DNA of 64,000 nucleotides. Source: Campylobacteraceae bacterium (GTDB lineage Bacteria > Campylobacterota > Campylobacteria > Campylobacterales > Sulfurovaceae). The notes under the pieces were generated by a model. It saw only the letters and a program-made list of their open reading frames with translations. It did no database searches and was not told the DNA's origin. Location of the stretch: assembly GCA_027081405.1 (NCBI GenBank), contig JALWKO010000026.1:100-64099 (forward strand), in the 5' to 3' direction. The position numbers and the translations under genes were made by a program. Positions 57,798 through 64,000 of this stretch are shown here, piece after piece; positions within the stretch are counted from its first letter, which is position 1, and every line of letters starts with the position of its first letter.

Positions 57798-58355
57798 TTA
57801 ATCGCATGTTAAAACTTCGCAGATCGCTTCGGCCAGCGCCTCTTTTTCGATCCGGCGTATCGCATCGTGATACTCTTCGAAGCTCTCGAACCCCTCCTTT
57901 TCGAGTTCGTACTGCAGGATGATCTCTCCTTCGTCGAGTTCGGAGCTGACCCAGTGGACGCTCACCCCCCCTTCGGGATGTGTGTCTTCCCAGCTTTTCC
58001 GGATCGCTTCGAGCCCCCGGTGCCGGGGAAGGAGGGAGGGGTGGAGGTTGATCGCCCGCACCGCTTCGGTGAAGACCGGGGTGAGGATCCGCATGAACCC
58101 CGCCAGGACCGTCAGATCGGGTGCGTAGCTTTCGATCCGCTCCACCAGTGCCCGGTCGAACGCCTCCCGGTCGGGGAAATCGCGATGGTCGAGCACCTCG
58201 ACCGGTACGTCGTGGGCCCGGGCGATTTCGATTCCCCCCGCTTCGGGGTTGTTGGTGATCGCGGCGGCGACGGTGAGCTTCTTGCCGTGGAGGCGCCGCA
58301 GCAGATACTCCAGATTGCTCCCTACACCGCTGAAGAGAACGACGATCCGTTTCAC
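57798..58355 (-). CDS. purN: phosphoribosylglycinamide formyltransferase (folate-dependent)
   Basis: 185 aa with INLHPSLLP and VHWV..ELDEG motifs. Confidence 0.93.
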   Translation of the reverse strand: MKRIVVLFSGVGSNLEYLLRRLHGKKLTVAAAITNNPEAGGIEIARAHDVPVEVLDHRDFPDREAFDRALVERIESYAPDLTVLAGFMRILTPVFTEAVRAINLHPSLLPRHRGLEAIRKSWEDTHPEGGVSVHWVSSELDEGEIILQYELEKEGFESFEEYHDAIRRIEKEALAEAICEVLTCD

Positions 58356-58418
58356 TCCGTTCCTTTGCCGCCCCGCGTATTGCGGGGAAATCTGGGTCGT
58401 ACTCTAACGCACCGCCCC

Positions 58419-59837
58419 TTAGGATTGCATAGCGGCCAGATTGGGAAGCGTTTCGATCAGGTCGGTGCTGAGCATCGCATAGTCCGCCCCCTCGTAGCGC
58501 TGAGCCGCCAGGGCCAACGCCAGGCTCCCCTGGATCGCTGCGTCCAACGCCTCGTGTCCCTGGGCCAGGAGGGCTACGATCAGGCCGCTGAGCACGTCGC
58601 CGCTGCCCCCTTTGGCCAAGGCCACGGTCCCCAGCGGGTTGACATACAGCTCCCCCAGGTGGGCGATGATGGGGTTGGCCCCCTTGAGCAGGAGCACCGT
58701 CCGGGGGAAGCGGGCGCTGAATCGCCGGGCGTATTCGAATCGGTGCCGCTGGAGCTCCTCCACGGTGATATCCTCTTTGGTCATGATCTTCCACATCCGG
58801 CAAAATTCGGCCGGATGGGGGGTGAGGACGATTTTTCGCTCTTCTTGGTGGAGGATCGCCAGGAGCTCCGCGTCGGCGAAGGCATCGGCGTCCAGAACGA
58901 TCGGGAGGGGGGAGTCGACCACCTGACGATCGAGCAGATCCCGCTCGAAATGGCCTCCGAGTCCCATCCCGATCGCGATGGCGGTGGCTTTGGGGGGTAC
59001 GGTGGTGGAGGTCATCAGATACGGAGGGGCCGAAACCTTCTCGTGGATCACCAGGGTCGCCAATCCCGCACCGAAACGGGACGCGGCACTAGCAGCGATG
59101 ATCCCCGCCCCCGGCTTCTCGCCGCAGAACACCGCCGCGTGTCCGAAGGTCCCCTTGTGGGCGTCGACGCGGGCTCCCCGGACCGGCGGATCGAAATCTT
59201 CCGCCTCCAGCAGACGACTCATACTCTCCTCTTCGTAGAGGATCCGGTCGACCCCCAGATCGACGCAGCGTACCTCCCCTACGCAGGGCTTGGCCGCATC
59301 CAGGTAGAGGGCCTCTTTGAGCGCCCCCATGGTGACCGTGAGATCGGCGTCAAACGCGACCGGAGAGGGCCACCCCTCCCGATCGAGTCCCGTGGGGATG
59401 TCGCAGGCGATCTTGAACCCCTCCAGGGCGTTGAGACGCTCCACCAGCGCGGTGATCTCCCCGTCCAGAGGACGGCTCAGCCCCGCACCGAAGATCGCGT
59501 CGACCACCACCTGGGCATCCTCGATCTCGGAGATCTCGGGAACTCCGACTTTCCGGGCCCGCTCCAGCTGGAGCTTCGCCATCGGGGATTTGGCCCCCAG
59601 GGGAAGCGCCAACCGTACATCAAAGCGCCCCGCCAGAAGTCGGGCGAGGGTGATCCCGTCGGCCCCGTTATTGCCCGGACCCGCGACGATCAGCACCGAA
59701 GCTCCCGGATCGAAACGCTCCCGGATCTCCCGGGCCATCCCCTCCGCCGCGTGCTCCATCAGCAGGTCTTCGGTGAGCCCATACTCCTCGTAACATTTGC
59801 GATCCATGGCGTAACAGTCCCGATAGAGTCGTCGCAT
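58419..59837 (-). CDS. nnr: bifunctional NAD(P)H-hydrate repair enzyme (epimerase/dehydratase)
   Basis: 472 aa with an N-terminal YjeF_N domain (GPGNNGADG) and a C-terminal carbohydrate-kinase domain (GGSGDVLSG). Confidence 0.9.
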   Translation of the reverse strand: MRRLYRDCYAMDRKCYEEYGLTEDLLMEHAAEGMAREIRERFDPGASVLIVAGPGNNGADGITLARLLAGRFDVRLALPLGAKSPMAKLQLERARKVGVPEISEIEDAQVVVDAIFGAGLSRPLDGEITALVERLNALEGFKIACDIPTGLDREGWPSPVAFDADLTVTMGALKEALYLDAAKPCVGEVRCVDLGVDRILYEEESMSRLLEAEDFDPPVRGARVDAHKGTFGHAAVFCGEKPGAGIIAASAASRFGAGLATLVIHEKVSAPPYLMTSTTVPPKATAIAIGMGLGGHFERDLLDRQVVDSPLPIVLDADAFADAELLAILHQEERKIVLTPHPAEFCRMWKIMTKEDITVEELQRHRFEYARRFSARFPRTVLLLKGANPIIAHLGELYVNPLGTVALAKGGSGDVLSGLIVALLAQGHEALDAAIQGSLALALAAQRYEGADYAMLSTDLIETLPNLAAMQS

Positions 59838-60002
59838 CGCATGCTCCTTCGCCCCGGCGTTCGGTGTTTTTCATTCGTGACTTTTATGATAGCGAAACCC
59901 GCCGGTGCGTACCGAATGTTGATCTCATGAAAGTTTCGGTATAATCTCGCCACTTTGTCCGCCGCCGCAAGGCGAAACGGGACATGAAAGGGGGTGATGA
60001 GC

Positions 60003-60215
60003 ATGCCCGGTATCGTCGTATCGCCCCGGGAGACCTTCGAAGAGGCCTACCGGAAGTTCAAGCGGCAGTGCGATCGGAACCTGATCGTCACCGAAGCCCG
60101 CGCACGGCAGCACTACGAGAAGCCGACCGAGCGGCGCAAGAAGGAGAAGATCGCCACCCGCAAAAAGATCCTCAAGAAGCTCTATATGCTTCGCCGCTAC
60201 GAAGCCCGGCTCTGA
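60003..60215 (+). CDS. rpsU: 30S ribosomal protein S21
   Basis: 70 aa [22 protein letters not shown]... Confidence 0.93.
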   Translation: MPGIVVSPRETFEEAYRKFKRQCDRNLIVTEARARQHYEKPTERRKKEKIATRKKILKKLYMLRRYEARL

Positions 60216-60367
60216 TCCCCGGCGGGGATTTCCCGCGGGATCGTTTCACTTTTTCCCATCCACATTCGACAATCCTTCCTCCACTTTTTTTTCCCGATCC
60301 CGGAATTTTCGCGTCCGTTTGACGATTTACGCTACAATCACCCCAAAAACCAAGCGAGGATCATCCG

Positions 60368-61534
60368 ATGACGTTTCCCGCACCGCTGCAGGAAGGTTCG
60401 ATCAAAATCATGCTGCTCGGCTCGGGCGAGCTGGGCAAAGAGGTGGCCATCGAGGCCCAGCGCCTGGGGCTGGAGGTGATCGCCGTGGATCGGTACGAAC
60501 GGGCTCCCGCCCACCTGGTGGCCCACCGTTCCTACGCGATCGACATGCTCGATCGGGACGCGGTACTGGAACTGATCGAAAAAGAGCGCCCCGACTGGAT
60601 CCTGCCGGAGGTGGAGGCGATCAGCATCGAAGCGCTTTTCGAAGCCGAAAAACGGGGGTTCCGGGTAATCCCCAACGCCGAAGCGGTCAACAAGACGATG
60701 AATCGCAAGAACATCCGGATCTTCGCCGCCGAGGAGTTGGGGTTGGTCACCAGCTCCTACCGTTTCGTCTCCACCCTGGAAGGGCTCCGGGAAGCGGCCG
60801 ATGTGCTGGGGTATCCCTGTGTGGTCAAACCGGTGATGAGCAGCTCGGGACACGGGCAGAGTATCGTCCGCTCCCCCGAGGGGATCGAAGCGGCCTGGGA
60901 GAAGGCCAAGGAGGCCCGGGGCGACGCCAGCGAACTGATCGTCGAGGAGTTCATCCCCTTCGACTACGAAATCACCCTCCTGACCGTGCGCAACGAAACC
61001 GGGACGGTCTTTTGCGAACCGGTCGGGCACATCCAGCAAGACGGTGACTACGTCCTCTCGTGGCAGCCGATGCCCATGCACCCCGACGCGCTGCGCAAAG
61101 CGCAGGAGATGGCCAAGGCGGTCACCGACGGACTGGGGGGACGGGGGATTTTCGGCGTGGAGTTTTTCGTCAAAGGGGATACGGTCTATTTCTCCGAGCT
61201 CTCCCCCCGCCCCCACGATACGGGGATGGTGACGATGATCACCCAGAGCCAGAGTGAGTTCGCCCTGCACGTACGGGCGGTTCTGGGACTGCCGCTGGAG
61301 TTCGCCTTCTACGGACCGGGGGCGAGTGCGGCCTACAAGGCCAAACACGAGAGCAGCAATCCCAAAATCATCGTCCCCGACGACGCTTTCGGCAAGGATA
61401 CCTTCGTGCGGATTTTCGGCAAACCCGAATCCCACGTGGGGCGCCGGATGGCCGTCGCCCTGGCCCTGGGCAACGACGTGGAAGAGGCCAAAGCCAAAGC
61501 CCAGGCGATCGTCGACCGTATGGAGGATGAATGA
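60368..61534 (+). CDS. purT: formate-dependent phosphoribosylglycinamide formyltransferase
   Basis: 388 aa ATP-grasp protein with N-terminus [13 protein letters not shown]. Confidence 0.95.
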   Translation: MTFPAPLQEGSIKIMLLGSGELGKEVAIEAQRLGLEVIAVDRYERAPAHLVAHRSYAIDMLDRDAVLELIEKERPDWILPEVEAISIEALFEAEKRGFRVIPNAEAVNKTMNRKNIRIFAAEELGLVTSSYRFVSTLEGLREAADVLGYPCVVKPVMSSSGHGQSIVRSPEGIEAAWEKAKEARGDASELIVEEFIPFDYEITLLTVRNETGTVFCEPVGHIQQDGDYVLSWQPMPMHPDALRKAQEMAKAVTDGLGGRGIFGVEFFVKGDTVYFSELSPRPHDTGMVTMITQSQSEFALHVRAVLGLPLEFAFYGPGASAAYKAKHESSNPKIIVPDDAFGKDTFVRIFGKPESHVGRRMAVALALGNDVEEAKAKAQAIVDRMEDE

Positions 61535-61647
61535 GCGCCTTTGGCGCGGTTGCAAATCGCAAGCACGACGGCAAAGCCGTCTCAAGACGCAAGTTGGAAA
61601 TAGGAAAGCGGAAAGTTATAGTTTGTAGTTTTGAATTATCAAATAAA

Positions 61648-61706
61648 AGCGTTGTGAAGCAACGCCTACCAAAATTTCTCATTTTTCATTCCTCATTCCT
61701 CATTCG
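61648..61706 (-). repeat. partial mosaic repeat in reverse orientation
   Basis: gcgttgtgaagcaacgc followed by ttctcatttttcattcctcattcctcattc. Confidence 0.8.
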
Positions 61707-61721
61707 AAAAAAGGAGTCGCC

Positions 61722-62582
61722 ATGAGATTCGTCAGTCGCGTCGTACTCCCCGCACTCCTCTTTGTGTACATCGGCTACGAAACCTGGCTCAAACTCCACC
61801 ACCAGAGCCTCTGCTCGGCCACGGGATGCCGTCTGGCCGGAGAGCTGCTCCGCTTCCCCTCGATCTATCTCAATTTCCTCGGGCTTTTCGCGGCGGTCGC
61901 GATCGGAGTGCTGGGAGTCCTCTCGTTGCGCAAGCGCCCCTTCGAGACGCTCTATTTCGTCGCCCTCTACGCGGCACTGGCGTTCGAGACGATCATGATC
62001 AGCTACCAGATCCTGGCCAATCCCGAGCCCTGTCTTTTCTGTTTGGGGGTTTACGGCGGATTGCTGCTGATCGCGTTGACGAGCCGTCCTGCGTGGTTCC
62101 TTTATGCGCTGCCGATTCTGGGAGCGATCGTTTTCGCTCTGAGCGACCTGGCGATCCCCCGAAACGCGGCGCTGATCGGGGGAGACGGGCTCTATCTGAT
62201 CGCTTCGGAACATTGCCCCCACTGCCGGAAGGTCAAACGTTACTTCGCCGATCACCATGTCCGCTACACCCTCCTGGGGGTGGACGATCCCAGTGTGCGC
62301 CATCTGGCCAAAGCCCTAGGGGTGGAAGAGATCCCGATCCTGATCCGCCGGAAGGGTGATTCGATGCGGATCCTGTGGGGAGACACTCCCATCATCGCCT
62401 CGTTTGAACGCTCCGCAGCGTCCAACGCTTCCGAGTCCAACGCTTCCGCGGCGGGGGGGAAGGCTTCTGAAACCGATCGCAATCTCTTCCGTCCCGAGCA
62501 TCAAGGCTGCAGCATCGACGAGCTGAGCGAAAATCCCGAAGCGGGCTGTGCCGACAATACCGACGAGGTGAAACTGCGATGA
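61722..62582 (+). CDS. VKOR/DsbB-like membrane thiol oxidoreductase fused to a glutaredoxin/thioredoxin-like domain
   Basis: 286 aa with 4-5 TM helices. Cysteines at CSATGC and CLFC, then a soluble domain with CPHC. Confidence 0.65.
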   Translation: MRFVSRVVLPALLFVYIGYETWLKLHHQSLCSATGCRLAGELLRFPSIYLNFLGLFAAVAIGVLGVLSLRKRPFETLYFVALYAALAFETIMISYQILANPEPCLFCLGVYGGLLLIALTSRPAWFLYALPILGAIVFALSDLAIPRNAALIGGDGLYLIASEHCPHCRKVKRYFADHHVRYTLLGVDDPSVRHLAKALGVEEIPILIRRKGDSMRILWGDTPIIASFERSAASNASESNASAAGGKASETDRNLFRPEHQGCSIDELSENPEAGCADNTDEVKLR

Positions 62583-62989
62583 CGTTCCAGCGTCTCCTCA
62601 CCCTCCCTCCGATGGGGAGGGGGGTCCATCTGATCACCCCCCGGATCGAAGCGCAGATCAGGGGGATCGAAACGGGGATCGCTCACCTTTTTTTGCAGCA
62701 TACTTCCGCGTCGCTGGCGCTGAACGAAAACTACGATCCCGACGTGCGCGGCGACGTGGAGCGATTTTTGCGTTCCCTCGTCCCCGACGGCTGGGAGGGC
62801 TTCCGCCATACCTTGGAAGGGCCCGACGACATGCCCGCACATATGAAAAACGTCCTCATCGGCTCCAGCCTTACGATCCCCGTGACCGAAGGCCGGCTGG
62901 CTCTGGGTATCTGGCAGGGGATCTATCTGCTGGAGCACCGGGAGGGTGTCCATGCCCGCCGAGTGGTGATCACCTTGATCGGGGAGTGA
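62579..62989 (+). CDS. YjbQ/UPF0047 family protein (secondary thiamine-phosphate synthase)
   Basis: 136 aa with the pattern HTSASL.LNEN.D..V..D and HMK. ATGA overlap with the upstream gene. Confidence 0.88.
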   Translation: MTFQRLLTLPPMGRGVHLITPRIEAQIRGIETGIAHLFLQHTSASLALNENYDPDVRGDVERFLRSLVPDGWEGFRHTLEGPDDMPAHMKNVLIGSSLTIPVTEGRLALGIWQGIYLLEHREGVHARRVVITLIGE

Positions 62990-63020
62990 GCGACCCCGCA
63001 ACTCCCCCGTGCCGTGGCGT

Positions 63021-64000
63021 TTAGACCGCCCCTTCGTCGATCATTGCGTCGGCCACCCGGCGGAATCCGGCGATGTTGGCCCCCAGCAGCAGGTTTCCTT
63101 CTTCTCCGAATTCCCGGGCCGTCTCGTCGGCGGTGGTGAAGATGTCTTTCATGATCCCGAACAATCGGGTATCGATCTCGGCGAAGCTCCAGTGCTGCAT
63201 ACTGGCGTTTTGGGCCATCTCCAGCTGACTGACGGCGACTCCCCCTGCGTTGGCCGCCTTGGCGGGGCCGAAATGGACCCCGTGGGCGCGGAGGTATTCG
63301 TAGGCTTCGAGGGTCGTGGGCATGTTGGCCCCCTCGTTGACCAGAATGCAGCCGTTTTTGACCAGGTTTTTGGCGTCCACGATGGTCAGTTCGTTCTGGG
63401 TGGCGCTGGGGAAGGCCACGTCGCAGGGGATCGACCAGACCGCATGTCCCCCTTCGGGGTAATTGTGTACGGGGATGTAGGTGGCGTCGGGGTGGAGCTG
63501 GGCGTATTTCTCCAGCGATTCCCGCCCCACTTCCTTGATCGCCTTGAGGGTGTTGACGTCGATTCCCGCCGGATGGTAGATGGTCCCCTTGCTGTCGGAG
63601 CAAGTGATGGGGATCGCCCCCATTTTGTGGAGTTTTTCGATGGTGTAGGTGGCGACGTTCCCCGCACCGGAGACGCAGCATTTTTTCCCTTTGAGCTCGT
63701 CGCCGTATTTGTTGAGGATGTGCTCGGCGAAATAGACCGAACCGTATCCGGTGGCCTCCTTGCGCCCCAGCGATCCCCCCCAGCCGACCCCTTTGCCGGT
63801 GAGGCTCCCCTCGAAACGGGCGGTGAGGAGCTTGTACTGTCCGAAAAGGTAGCCGATCTCCCGGGCCCCCACGCCGATGTCTCCGGCGGGGACGTCCCGG
63901 GTCTGGCCGATATGGCGGTAGAGTTCGTTCATGAACGCTTGGCAAAAACGCATCACTTCGTTGTCGCTTTTCCCTTTGGGATCGAAGTTGCTTCCCCCCT
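63021..64000 (-). CDS. gdhA: NADP-specific glutamate dehydrogenase, C-terminal two thirds (5' end outside window)
   Basis: The frame stays open to the window edge. Motif VMRFCQAFMNELYRHIG and Rossmann motif VSGAGNVA. Confidence 0.93.
   Translation of the reverse strand, partial: GGSNFDPKGKSDNEVMRFCQAFMNELYRHIGQTRDVPAGDIGVGAREIGYLFGQYKLLTARFEGSLTGKGVGWGGSLGRKEATGYGSVYFAEHILNKYGDELKGKKCCVSGAGNVATYTIEKLHKMGAIPITCSDSKGTIYHPAGIDVNTLKAIKEVGRESLEKYAQLHPDATYIPVHNYPEGGHAVWSIPCDVAFPSATQNELTIVDAKNLVKNGCILVNEGANMPTTLEAYEYLRAHGVHFGPAKAANAGGVAVSQLEMAQNASMQHWSFAEIDTRLFGIMKDIFTTADETAREFGEEGNLLLGANIAGFRRVADAMIDEGAV

Noticed and set aside
57798-61534. The presence of both purN and purT, considered as an anomaly.
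   Set aside because: Many bacteria carry both the folate-dependent and the formate-dependent GAR transformylases.

Overview
A 64 kb chromosomal window with high GC (about 60% by eye). Gene content looks like Campylobacterota (Epsilonproteobacteria): the cbb3 oxidase operon ccoNOQP with DUF4006- and FixH-like accessory genes, AddA/AddB, TsdA, a futalosine-pathway MqnA/MqnD-family gene and a PgbA-N-like gene. I call about 68 protein genes, nearly all housekeeping. They include two TRAP transporters, lnt, yajC-secDF, PatB-like lyase, PBP4, murC, mutS2, a Xer recombinase, argJ, rpmB, rplM-rpsI, murB, recA, eno, bioB, glcD, mgtE, thiG, purN, nnr, rpsU, purT and gdhA. I found no rRNA, tRNA, CRISPR array, prophage or recognisable defence island. 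The unusual signal is in the non-coding DNA. Most intergenic spacers are filled by one mosaic repeat family, made of tandem heptamer arrays plus a fixed set of small hairpins in a conserved order. One copy sits in frame inside the essential lnt gene, next to a 20 bp perfect inverted duplication. Other items of note are a MITE-like element with terminal inverted repeats (2 copies, one carrying a nested insertion), a conserved ~106 nt purine-rich module (2 copies), a small lower-GC islet of secreted orphan proteins (one split by a single in-frame TAG), and a hybrid histidine kinase whose phospho-His positions look substituted. All calls come from reading the sequence and the ORF track, with no database search. 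Gene starts were chosen by SD/RBS inspection. Repeat borders are good to about +/-5 nt.
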